Shown one piece after another: positions 20,632 to 29,893 of a DNA stretch of 64,000 bases. This DNA comes from a virus, in the IMG/VR virus record IMGVR_UViG_3300020430_000007; one strand, written 5' to 3'. The first letter of the stretch is position 1. Every line of letters begins with the position of its first letter. The notes beneath the pieces were generated by a model. It had not been told where the DNA came from and did no database searches. It worked only from the letters and a program-made list of their open reading frames with translations. The position numbers and the translations under genes are program-made.

Positions 20632-21306
20632 ATGCTTTCTGGAACAGATTTCGTTAAGAAGATCAAAGAAGGAAACAAGGCACTGTTTGACGCATCTCGC
20701 TCAAACGTCCGTCGTTTTTTCGCTTCCAACCCAAGTGATGAGTATCTAGTCGAGCACTTCCGTGGACGTATGGTCAACGAAGCTCAGAACATGTACGCTA
20801 TCGCTGGTCAGGTTGCCTCCTCTGATCCCTCTACCGACGTAAAAGACTTAGAACTTCTAAGCCGTCAAGCTATGGACGAAGCAAAGCACTTCCGTATGGT
20901 AAAGGAAGTAATCGAGCACATCACTGGTGAAGAACTAGATGTTGCTGCTGCATTTGCTGCTGAAGCAGAGAAACCTCAAGCAAAAGGTGCTGAACTTTTA
21001 GATAAGTACGAAGCATCAGAGGATGAAGCTGCACTTGCTGCATACCAACTGGTAGCAGAAGGAAGAGCAGAAGCAGTATGGAATGAAATGGGAGAATGTG
21101 TAAACGACAAGTTTATATCTTCACGTTACAAGACTATTGCAAAGGATGAAGGATTCCACTCAAACTTAGGTGGACGTGCACTTTCTAGATTAGTAGAGGG
21201 AGATGCGGAAGCACAAACTCGCATTCTAGATATGGTAGAGAAAATGAGAGTAGATCTCCTTGAGATCTCCAACAAGAACACTGCTACTCCTTTAGCCGTG
21301 ATTTAA
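20632..21306 (+). CDS. Ferritin-like diiron-carboxylate protein
   Basis: Ligand pattern E (MVNE) ... DEAKH ... E (VAEG) ... DEGFH in an all-helical sequence; start moved to the ATG after the AGGA RBS. Confidence 0.8.
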   Translation: MLSGTDFVKKIKEGNKALFDASRSNVRRFFASNPSDEYLVEHFRGRMVNEAQNMYAIAGQVASSDPSTDVKDLELLSRQAMDEAKHFRMVKEVIEHITGEELDVAAAFAAEAEKPQAKGAELLDKYEASEDEAALAAYQLVAEGRAEAVWNEMGECVNDKFISSRYKTIAKDEGFHSNLGGRALSRLVEGDAEAQTRILDMVEKMRVDLLEISNKNTATPLAVI

Positions 21307-21910
21307 AAGGTTTACGACCTTTACGAATTTCTTTATCTAACCAGTGCTCCTCGCACGGATAAACATACTTATGATTGGCATCGACAGTTATAAAATTGTC
21401 GATGCCTTCTTTTGTGATTGGAAACTCTAAAATGCGTCCAAGATATTCTAAATATTTTTCTTTGTATAAGAAAAATGCCTCGTGGTCTATGAAGTGAACT
21501 GCTAGATCTTTATAATAGTCAAGTGCAATATCCATAGTCACTTCACCACCCACACGTTTTTGTTGTAGTTCGTTTATATTTCTATCTCTTACTATCACTG
21601 CTATGATTGGCATCACACCAAGTGATATTGCTTTACGAGCAACCTCACATATTTTTGGTGTCTGTCTTACACCGTCATAAAAAAATGGGACAGACACATT
21701 TGCACAAAAATAATCTCCATTTGCAAATGTCCCCTTGTTTATTTTTTCTGGGTGCACCCAGTATTGTGCAAACGGTTCCTCATCACTAGGAACCCAATAC
21801 TTTTCATGCAATTTTTCCCATCCAATAACGTTGGGGTGTGCTGACAATAATCTAGCAAATAAATGATTTCCAGAACCTTGTGGACCTGTAACAATAAGTA
21901 ATTTTTTCAT
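21284..21910 (-). CDS. P-loop sulfotransferase-fold protein (paralogue 2)
   Basis: LLIVTGPQGSGNHLFARLLSAHPNV resembles the 5'-PSB loop of sulfotransferases; IAVIVRD resembles the 3'-PB motif. Confidence 0.65.
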   Translation of the reverse strand: MKKLLIVTGPQGSGNHLFARLLSAHPNVIGWEKLHEKYWVPSDEEPFAQYWVHPEKINKGTFANGDYFCANVSVPFFYDGVRQTPKICEVARKAISLGVMPIIAVIVRDRNINELQQKRVGGEVTMDIALDYYKDLAVHFIDHEAFFLYKEKYLEYLGRILEFPITKEGIDNFITVDANHKYVYPCEEHWLDKEIRKGRKPFKSRLKE

Positions 21911-21927
21911 AGGGAGAATAACCTTCA

Positions 21928-22716
21928 TTAACAACAATCACATTCATTAAGTTTTTTTCCTGTTATTATTTCGTGTCTAAAATTTCTTTTATCATTTTTG
22001 TCTGCCCAATCACCCCATGCATCTGTTCCCTCCTCATCATAAGAATGATCTCTTTCTTTTGGTATTTGTTTTTCTGATATATTAGGATTCCATGGTGATG
22101 ATATGCCAGTTTTATTACAATCATCTAAGGGACTGTCTTTGATGTATGAGACATACTTTGCGTTTGAGTCAAGTTCCAATATATCATTTATTCTGTTATC
22201 ATACCATGCTATAGGAATTCCTAAATTTAATGATTTTAGATATTCTTGTTTATAAAGATATAACAATTCATAACTCAAAAAAATTGGTTTTTCAAATTGA
22301 TGCAATTGATCTAGAAAATGTCTGGTTGTTGATTCTTCTCTTATCCTTTTTTGTTGATTTTCCAGTATGTTTTGATCCCTACCTATGACTAAGATCTTGG
22401 TTTTTATTCCCAAGTCCTGAGCATTTGTGCAAAACTGCACCACGTTTGGACACCATTTCGTCCCTTTACTTTCTATGCCAAGTGGGATACTAATAGATGT
22501 AAAGTAATATTGACTTTGCGACCAGTCAAATTTATGCAACGTGGATGGATCCCTCCAATATGCTGCAAAGGGTTCTGAAAAACGGTGAGCTTCCCAATAA
22601 TTATCAAGAAGACTCTTCCAACCAAAAACGTCATCGTGTAATGAGAATATTTTAGACCAGAGGTGGTTGCCCGAACCTTGCGGTCCCGTTAACACAGCGA
22701 GAGTTTTGTTCATCAT
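21928..22716 (-). CDS. P-loop sulfotransferase-fold protein (paralogue 1)
   Basis: LAVLTGPQGSGNHLWSKIFSLH, ILVIGRD, FLSYELL; clear paralogue of 21284..21910. Confidence 0.65.
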   Translation of the reverse strand: MMNKTLAVLTGPQGSGNHLWSKIFSLHDDVFGWKSLLDNYWEAHRFSEPFAAYWRDPSTLHKFDWSQSQYYFTSISIPLGIESKGTKWCPNVVQFCTNAQDLGIKTKILVIGRDQNILENQQKRIREESTTRHFLDQLHQFEKPIFLSYELLYLYKQEYLKSLNLGIPIAWYDNRINDILELDSNAKYVSYIKDSPLDDCNKTGISSPWNPNISEKQIPKERDHSYDEEGTDAWGDWADKNDKRNFRHEIITGKKLNECDCC

Positions 22717-22736
22717 AATCAGCACCTTATAATCTA

Positions 22737-22745
22737 ATTATAACA
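22737..22745 (-). promoter_or_regulatory. Extended -10 promoter (TGtTATAAT) for the minus-strand gene pair
   Basis: Reverse complement of attataaca, followed by an AAGGTG RBS and ATG; back-to-back with a + strand late motif ATAAATA at 22745-22751. Confidence 0.55.
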
Positions 22746-22790
22746 TAAATATCTTGGACTGTAGATACAGTTTGTTTAGGTACATACCAT

Positions 22791-25538
22791 ATGGCAAATC
22801 CAAAAATAAAAATTAAACGATCTAGTGTCGTTGGCAAAGTTCCACATTATCCCACCACACTCGATTTAGGTGAATTTGCAATCAATACCGCAGACGGTAA
22901 AGTATTCATTGCAGCAGGTCAAGCAGGTGTTGGAGTCGGTACAACAGTAAGAGAAGTTGGTCTATCTACTGAAAATGTACTATCACAAAGTTTACAAGTA
23001 GACGGTAATACAGACTTAAATGGAAACTTAGATTTATCTGGATATTTTGATGTTGACGGACATGCAAATTTAGATAATGTAAGTGTAGCAGGTATAACAA
23101 CTTTTAGTGGAGCAGTAACTGGTAGTGGTGGATTTATTGGTGATCTTACAGGTAACGCTGACTCTGCAACAATAGCAACAAATGCTCAGGGGTTATCTGG
23201 AACTCCTGACATAAACGTAAGAAACATAACTGGCGTTGCTGCCACTTTTACTGGTGGTGTAACAGGTAATGTTATAGGTAATCTTACAGGTAATGTTACT
23301 GGTAATATATCTGGTGAAATAACTGCCGACACCATACTATCGACAGGAATTATAACTGCAACATCCTTCTTCACTGGTGCAGAGGGATCAGCAATAAGAG
23401 TAACAAACAATACAATATCAGGACCAGCAACCATAACTCTTGATCCTGCTGCTGTAGGTGACAATACTGGCACTGTTGTTGTTGCGGGTGATTTACAAGT
23501 TGATGGCACGACTACCACCATTAATTCAACAACTGTCAATATTGACGATAAAAACATACAAGTTGCTACGGGTGCTATAAATGACGCAGCTGCTGATGGT
23601 GCTGGAATCACCATTGACTCTGGAGATGGAGATAAATCTTGGCAATTTGAGGCAACAGGAGATAATTTTGGTTCTTCTGAAAATATTAATATAGCGTCAG
23701 GTAAATCTTATAAGATAAACAATACCACAGTTCTCGATGCTAACACTCTTGGATCTGGTATTGTCAATTCGTCTCTAACAAGTTTAGGTACAATTGGGTC
23801 TTTAGTTGCTACCTCTGCGGATATAAACGGTGGTACAATTGACAATTCTGTCATAGGTGGATCTACACCTGCTGCTGCAACATTTACCAACACCACCGTT
23901 AATGGTGTTCTAGACGTAGATGGACATACCAATTTAGACAACGTAAGTATATCTGGTTTAACCACAGTTACAGGTGCTATTACTGCCTCAGGAGGAGTGA
24001 TAGGTAATATCACAGGTACAGTTTCTGATATAAGCAATCACAATACTGGTGACCTTTCAGAGGGATCAAATCTTTACTACACAAATGCTCGTGCTGATGC
24101 TAGAGTTGACGCAGGTTTTTCTGCTAAGTCCACTAGTGATTTATCAGAGGGTACAAATCTTTATTACACCAATGCTCGTGCTGATGCAAGAATTGTTTCC
24201 GCAGGACTTGATAGTGGCACTCTTACTGGTAATGTAACAGGTAACGTAACTGGTAACGTAACTGGTAACGCTGATACTGCTACACTCGCAACCAACTCGC
24301 AAGGATTAACTGGAACCCCTGATATCACTGTTAGAAATATAACAGGAGTTGCTGCTACATTCACTGGCAACCTTACTGTTGGAGGTGTATTAACCTATGA
24401 GGATGTAACAAATATTGATTCAATTGGTATTGTTACAGCAAGAACAGATATTGTTGTTGATAGAAATCTAAGTGTTGCTGGCATCGCCACTGTCACAGGT
24501 GATCTTTACGTAGGTGGTAAACTTTTTGACGGTGATGATGCGTTTGGCACATCAGGTCAAGTTCTTTCGTCCGATGGAACAGACACAAGATGGGTAAACA
24601 GTGGAAGTCTTACTGCTGGTGCTGCATCATTAGTAGGTGTTACTGCTGTATCTGATAACTCAACACACTTCCTTACCTTTGTTGATACCTCATCTGGTAA
24701 TGAATCAATCAAGGTTGATACAGGACTCACATACAACCCTAGCACCAATCAATTAGTTCTTGCTGGTCTTAGTTTCCCTGTGTCCGACGGGTCTGCAGAT
24801 CAAGTTTTGACCACGGATGGTGCGGGGACACTTAGTTTTCAAACAGTGTCTGGTGGTGGTGCTGGTGCTGCTACAAGTATATCTGAGAGTAGTTCAACTG
24901 CAACTGCTGGTCAAACTGCATTCACAGCACCAAATGTTTTTGACGATGGGGCACAGGCAAAACCATTTCCAGTGTCAGTTTTTGTTAATGGTGTAAGACA
25001 GAGAGTCGGAGCTGCATCATCTAACGATTTCCAATTATCTGCACCACAAACAATTAATTTCAATGCACAGTCTGCTGCTAATGCAGGTGACAGAGTAACT
25101 ATACAAGTTGGTTTTGGACACACTATTACCGAGGAGTATTTTACTGCAACACAAAATCAAACTGAGTTTCAAACTACCTCAGCAACGCCAGGTGCAATCA
25201 AAGAAAAAATTCATGTTTATTTGAATGGTGTTTTATTGAGAAATGGAACTGATTATACTGCTGGATCACCTGTCACTTTAGTTGAAGGTGCAACTCTTGG
25301 TGACGAGATAAGTCTTGTTGGTCCTGCAGGTGAGGATGTGTTTACTGCTACCGCAGGTCAAACTTTGTTTACACCCACTGACAATGACACAACACCTGAA
25401 AATGTGGAGGTTTATCTAAATGGTGTAAGACTTGAACTGACACAAGATTATACAAAGGGAAGTCCACAAGTTACAATCATCAACCCTGCCACAGGACTAG
25501 ACGCTGGTGATGAACTTGATGTTGTTATCACAAGATAA
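22791..25538 (+). CDS. Tail fibre protein
   Basis: IKIKRSSV..KVP...LDLGEFAINTADGKVF anchor, GNVTGN repeats, and three C-terminal TATAGQT.F...VYLNGV modules. Confidence 0.85.
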   Translation: MANPKIKIKRSSVVGKVPHYPTTLDLGEFAINTADGKVFIAAGQAGVGVGTTVREVGLSTENVLSQSLQVDGNTDLNGNLDLSGYFDVDGHANLDNVSVAGITTFSGAVTGSGGFIGDLTGNADSATIATNAQGLSGTPDINVRNITGVAATFTGGVTGNVIGNLTGNVTGNISGEITADTILSTGIITATSFFTGAEGSAIRVTNNTISGPATITLDPAAVGDNTGTVVVAGDLQVDGTTTTINSTTVNIDDKNIQVATGAINDAAADGAGITIDSGDGDKSWQFEATGDNFGSSENINIASGKSYKINNTTVLDANTLGSGIVNSSLTSLGTIGSLVATSADINGGTIDNSVIGGSTPAAATFTNTTVNGVLDVDGHTNLDNVSISGLTTVTGAITASGGVIGNITGTVSDISNHNTGDLSEGSNLYYTNARADARVDAGFSAKSTSDLSEGTNLYYTNARADARIVSAGLDSGTLTGNVTGNVTGNVTGNADTATLATNSQGLTGTPDITVRNITGVAATFTGNLTVGGVLTYEDVTNIDSIGIVTARTDIVVDRNLSVAGIATVTGDLYVGGKLFDGDDAFGTSGQVLSSDGTDTRWVNSGSLTAGAASLVGVTAVSDNSTHFLTFVDTSSGNESIKVDTGLTYNPSTNQLVLAGLSFPVSDGSADQVLTTDGAGTLSFQTVSGGGAGAATSISESSSTATAGQTAFTAPNVFDDGAQAKPFPVSVFVNGVRQRVGAASSNDFQLSAPQTINFNAQSAANAGDRVTIQVGFGHTITEEYFTATQNQTEFQTTSATPGAIKEKIHVYLNGVLLRNGTDYTAGSPVTLVEGATLGDEISLVGPAGEDVFTATAGQTLFTPTDNDTTPENVEVYLNGVRLELTQDYTKGSPQVTIINPATGLDAGDELDVVITR
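24049..24190 (+). repeat. Tandem coding repeat DLSEG(S/T)NLYYTNARADAR x2
   Basis: Two near-identical copies 87 bp apart within the fibre gene. Confidence 0.85.
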
Positions 25539-25546
25539 ATAGTCAT

Positions 25547-26401
25547 ATGGCACAACCAAACACTAGACAAGGACTCATAGAATACGGTAAGAGGCAACTA
25601 GGTGCTCCCGTGTTGGAGATAAATGTTGCTGATGAGCAATATGATGATCTAATAGATGATGCTATTCAGATGTTTCACAACCGTCACATGGATGGTGTGG
25701 AAAAAATGTATTTGAAACATAAAATAACGGAAAATTTTACTAACACAGTGCAAGCAAGTGGGACTGATGGTGCAGCATCATCCTTAGGAATAACAACCAC
25801 AACTGCTAGTGCGACAATTACTGGTATAGGTGCTACCACATTTTCTTTTGAAGAGACTCAAAACTTTATCCAAATTCCAGACGCTGTTATTGGTGTTGAG
25901 AAAGTATGGAAGGTAGATAGTCGTGCAATAGCATCTAACATGTTCAATATAACTTATCAATTATTTTTGAATGAAATATATTATTTTAGTTCAATGGAAT
26001 TGTTGAGTTACACACAAACAAAAAGATATCTAGAAGATATTGATTTTATATTACATCCTGACAAACAAATAAGATTTAACAGAAGACAAAATAGATTGTA
26101 TATTGATAGTGATTATTCTAGTATGAAAGAAGATGATTATTTAATAATTGAATGTTACAGAACACTTGATCCTAATGAGTATACCAAGGTTTATAATGAC
26201 CCATTCTTAAAAAGGTACTTTACTGCTTTGCTCAAAAGGCAGTGGGGTATGAACTTGATTAAATATCAGGGTGTAAAATTGCCTGGCGGTGTTGAACTCA
26301 ATGGTAGGCAAATTTATGACGATGGTGTAGCAGAGATTACATCACTTGAAGAAAAAATGAGTTCTACTTACGAACTACCAGTAATGGACATGATAGGGTA
26401 A
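25547..26401 (+). CDS. gp13: Neck protein gp13
   Basis: RQLGAPVLEINV, KRQWGMNLIKY.GVKLPGGVELNG. Confidence 0.95.
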   Translation: MAQPNTRQGLIEYGKRQLGAPVLEINVADEQYDDLIDDAIQMFHNRHMDGVEKMYLKHKITENFTNTVQASGTDGAASSLGITTTTASATITGIGATTFSFEETQNFIQIPDAVIGVEKVWKVDSRAIASNMFNITYQLFLNEIYYFSSMELLSYTQTKRYLEDIDFILHPDKQIRFNRRQNRLYIDSDYSSMKEDDYLIIECYRTLDPNEYTKVYNDPFLKRYFTALLKRQWGMNLIKYQGVKLPGGVELNGRQIYDDGVAEITSLEEKMSSTYELPVMDMIG

Positions 26402-26580
26402 TGAAAACATTTAAGCAATTTATGAAAGAGGGAGGGTTTGTCAAGAGTGTTGGCGAACCAATTGGCGTGGGAGACATGATAAAAGGTCTAAAAATTATTG
26501 ATGACACTGAAACCAACCCTCTCAAAAAACAATTAAGACAAATTCGTTTCGGTAAAAGTAATCCACTGAAAGGTGTATAA
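26401..26580 (+). CDS. 59-aa protein with T4-type capsid-targeting N-terminus (candidate internal head protein)
   Basis: Read by hand: MKTFKQFMKEGGFVKSVGEPIG...LKGV*; overlaps the gp13 stop and the gp14 start by 1 nt each. Confidence 0.75.
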   Translation: MKTFKQFMKEGGFVKSVGEPIGVGDMIKGLKIIDDTETNPLKKQLRQIRFGKSNPLKGV

Positions 26581-28004
26581 TGGCACTCAATCCGTTCTTC
26601 TTACAAGGTAGTAAGGGTGAGCAGAACCTTGTTCAAGATCTTGTAAATGAACACATAAAAATGCATGGCATCGAGTTTATTTACATGCCAAGAGTATACG
26701 TTACATCTAAAGATGTAATGCGTGAAGTTGTTGATTCCAAATTTGATAGATCATTTCCTATAGAAGGTTATATAGAATCATTTGAAGGATTTGATTCAGG
26801 GTACAATTTACTTACAAAATTTGGTGTAAGATCAACTGCCCAAATGGATGTTATCATATCTCAAGAAGCATATATTAATGGCATAGCACCATTGTTATGG
26901 AAATTTCCTGGCAAAACACTCGGTCCTACAGGAAGACCTGAAAATCAAGAAAGACCATATGAGGGAGACCTTATATACTTCCCATTGAGAGATATAATAT
27001 TTGAAATTAAGTATGTAAATGATCTTGTAGAATTTTATCAGTTACAAAAAAATTATACTTACAGATTAACTCTTGAACCATTCGAGTATTCAGACGAAAC
27101 AATTGATACTGGTATTGATGCCATTGATGATGATTTTGAGACTGCTGGTTATAATGTTACCATGAAATTAGGTGATGAGGGTGATAGAGCAACAGCGTTT
27201 ACAACACTTACAACTGGTGGTATATTTAAGATTGATGTTTTGAATGGTGGATCTGGATATACAAACGCTCCTACAGTTTTAATTGAACCTCCTGAGGGAG
27301 AGTTTGGATCTGCTGCAAAAGCTGTTGCTATAACCACTCACACAGGAACAAGAAACTTTAGGTCATTAGCGATACTACGTTTTGAAATTACAGATCCTGG
27401 CTCTGGGTATGTTGCAGGTAGAGATAATCCAACCATACAATTTATTACAGAAGATGGAAAAGGATCTGGTGCAACAGCAAAAGCAGGTATAGGAACCGCA
27501 GGAGTGGTTGGTATTGTCACCATGTCATTTACTGGTAATAATTATGCTGTGCCACCTACAATCACATTTGATGAACCTGACACAGGAGGAACTAGAGCAA
27601 CCGCAACCACTAAACTTAGTGCTACTGGTCAGGTAGAAAGCGTTCAAGTTACAAATGCTGGTTTTGGATATACTGTTGTGCCTGCCATAACAATAGGTGC
27701 AGCATCAAGTGTAGGAAGTGGAACATTCTTGTACGGAGAGATGATAACTGGTCAATCAAGTCTCACAACTGCTTTTGTTACTAAATGGGATACAAGCACT
27801 AACACATTACTTGCAAAACATCTTTCTGGTGAGTTCTCTGTTGGTGAGGTTATATCTAATGTTGGGTTTGGAAGTGCACTGTACGTTCTAAATAGCATCG
27901 ATTATGATGATGACGATTCTTACAATACTGGAGACACTATTGAGGTTCGTTCTGATACATCAATTCTAGACTTTACAGAAAGAAATCCATTTGGTGAAGT
28001 ATAA
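26580..28004 (+). CDS. gp14: Neck/head-closure protein gp14
   Basis: MALNPFFLQG, RPYEGDLIYFPL, C-terminal DFTERNPFGE. Confidence 0.95.
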   Translation: MALNPFFLQGSKGEQNLVQDLVNEHIKMHGIEFIYMPRVYVTSKDVMREVVDSKFDRSFPIEGYIESFEGFDSGYNLLTKFGVRSTAQMDVIISQEAYINGIAPLLWKFPGKTLGPTGRPENQERPYEGDLIYFPLRDIIFEIKYVNDLVEFYQLQKNYTYRLTLEPFEYSDETIDTGIDAIDDDFETAGYNVTMKLGDEGDRATAFTTLTTGGIFKIDVLNGGSGYTNAPTVLIEPPEGEFGSAAKAVAITTHTGTRNFRSLAILRFEITDPGSGYVAGRDNPTIQFITEDGKGSGATAKAGIGTAGVVGIVTMSFTGNNYAVPPTITFDEPDTGGTRATATTKLSATGQVESVQVTNAGFGYTVVPAITIGAASSVGSGTFLYGEMITGQSSLTTAFVTKWDTSTNTLLAKHLSGEFSVGEVISNVGFGSALYVLNSIDYDDDDSYNTGDTIEVRSDTSILDFTERNPFGEV

Positions 28005-29050
28005 TGGTAGGTAACTATTTTTATAATGAAACTATAAGAAAAACAGTCATAGCGTTTGGTACACTGTTTAATAATATAAGCATCAAAAAATTTGCTGGTG
28101 ATGGCAAAGCTGTTAGTATGGTAAAGGTTCCAATTGCTTATGGACCTATGCAAAGGTTTTTAGCAAGGATTGAGCAACAACAAAATTTTGATGATAATAT
28201 TGCAATTACTCTTCCTAGGATATCGTTTGAATTAACATCTTACACGTACGACGTTGCACGAAAAGCATCACCGATAACTAAATTTTTTGCAAAATCTCCA
28301 ACATCAAAAACTAAACACAAAAAAATGTTTTTGCCTGTTCCATACGATGTGGGATTTAGATTGAGTTTTGCTACAAAACTTCAAGATGATGCTCTACAAA
28401 TTGTGGAGCAAATACTTCCATTTTTCCAACCATCTTACAATGTTACCGTCAATATGTTGGAGGGTATTGAGGAGAAAAGAGATATTCCATTTACATTACG
28501 TAACATTTCTTTTTCAGACGAGTATGAAGGAGATTTTTCAACTAGGAGATTTATACAATACGATTTAGATTTTGTTGCTAAAACATATTTTTATCAAGAA
28601 ATTCCTACGGACGAGGGTGGAATTATCAAGAAAGTTCAAATAGATTACTCCACAAATATCAGAGCACCAAGGGAGCAGAGATATACTGTTACACCTCAGG
28701 CAGTCAAAGATTATAATGATGATGAGACTACAAAATTATCGACTGATTTAGATGATAAGAAAACACTTGTCAAGGTTAATAATGCTGCAGGGATATCCAC
28801 TAAAAATTTTATACAAATCAATAACGAAACAATGTACGTGAAGGAGGTTGATGGAACAAATTTAATTGTCAACAGAGGTCAGTTTGGAACTAAGATTGTA
28901 GAGCACTATAAAGATAACGTTGTAAATTTGGTAAATATAACTGACAACAGTCTTATTGAGGTTGGTGATGACTTTGGATTTAGTGAGTCAAGATCATTCT
29001 TCGGTAACGATGGATTACAACGCAGTAGTTCCACTGGAACAGACATCTAA
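28004..29050 (+). CDS. gp15: Tail sheath stabiliser/terminator gp15
   Basis: YFYNETIRKTVIAFGTLFN, VPIAYGP, QIVEQILPFFQP. Confidence 0.95.
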   Translation: MVGNYFYNETIRKTVIAFGTLFNNISIKKFAGDGKAVSMVKVPIAYGPMQRFLARIEQQQNFDDNIAITLPRISFELTSYTYDVARKASPITKFFAKSPTSKTKHKKMFLPVPYDVGFRLSFATKLQDDALQIVEQILPFFQPSYNVTVNMLEGIEEKRDIPFTLRNISFSDEYEGDFSTRRFIQYDLDFVAKTYFYQEIPTDEGGIIKKVQIDYSTNIRAPREQRYTVTPQAVKDYNDDETTKLSTDLDDKKTLVKVNNAAGISTKNFIQINNETMYVKEVDGTNLIVNRGQFGTKIVEHYKDNVVNLVNITDNSLIEVGDDFGFSESRSFFGNDGLQRSSSTGTDI

Positions 29051-29457
29051 TGGATAAAGGATTTGAAGCAATTGATAAAGCATTATCTGTAAAAGCAGAA
29101 ATTGTTGACTCAACTAAACCCAAACAATCTAAAAAAAATCATGATGATCCTACTAAGGATTATGAATATAGCAGAACACAGTTTTACAATTTGATTGAGA
29201 AGGGGCAGGAAGCAGTTGAGGGTATATTGGATGTCGCAAATGACTCTCAACACCCTAGAGCATACGAGGTTGCTGGTCAATTAATAAAACACATTGCAGA
29301 CACCACTGATAAATTGGTTGATTTGCAGAAAAAAATGAAGGACTTAGACGAAGATAAGTCAGTAAAGAAGATTACTAATAACTCATTATTTGTAGGTAGC
29401 ACTGCTGATCTTCAAAAGATGTTGAAGGCAAATGGACTTATTGATAAAAATAAATAG
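29050..29457 (+). CDS. gp16: Terminase small subunit gp16
   Basis: DYEYSR...HPRAYEVAGQLIK...NNSLFVGSTADLQK. Confidence 0.95.
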   Translation: MDKGFEAIDKALSVKAEIVDSTKPKQSKKNHDDPTKDYEYSRTQFYNLIEKGQEAVEGILDVANDSQHPRAYEVAGQLIKHIADTTDKLVDLQKKMKDLDEDKSVKKITNNSLFVGSTADLQKMLKANGLIDKNK

Positions 29458-29476
29458 ATCGTAGGCAATAAAAAAA

Positions 29477-29890
29477 ATGAAGAATAAAAGAAAATTAGAT
29501 GTTGCTCTCAAAAAATTAAAAGCAAGAAAAGAAAAACATAAATGCACCTGTAATGAGATGGTTAGTAAACTAAGTTCTTCTGATAGAAGAACGCCTGGTA
29601 GAACCATTGATATGAAGCAAGGTAGAGATTACTCTGTGGTAAAAGATAACCAATTAGCAAAAAGAGAACCTAATAAAGGCTCTGCACTTGCTAACAGAGG
29701 CACAAAAAATACAGACGTAAAACCACCAAGGCAATCGAATCCATATAGAAGTGGAGAAAAAGATAATAAAAATACGATTAATATGCCATCCAAGAAAAAA
29801 ATTAATAGAGCAGCAAAAGCAACAGGAAAAGTTGTAAAATCAGCATTAGGCAATTTATCGCAAGGGTATGGGCAATCTAGTTTCAAATAA
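29477..29890 (+). CDS. Lys/Arg-rich, probably disordered hypothetical protein
   Basis: 137-aa ORF filling the gp16-gp17 gap; ATAAATA upstream. Confidence 0.6.
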   Translation: MKNKRKLDVALKKLKARKEKHKCTCNEMVSKLSSSDRRTPGRTIDMKQGRDYSVVKDNQLAKREPNKGSALANRGTKNTDVKPPRQSNPYRSGEKDNKNTINMPSKKKINRAAKATGKVVKSALGNLSQGYGQSSFK

Positions 29891-29893
29891 ATT

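Noticed and set aside
20632-21306. Calling the ferritin-like gene nrdB, ferritin or aldehyde-deformylating oxygenase
   Set aside because: Only the generic diiron ligand pattern is recognisable; family-specific signatures and length do not support a specific name.
24049-24270. Direct repeats that could suggest a CRISPR array or DGR template
   Set aside because: They are in-frame coding repeats with two copies and mostly synonymous differences; no cas or reverse transcriptase gene is present.
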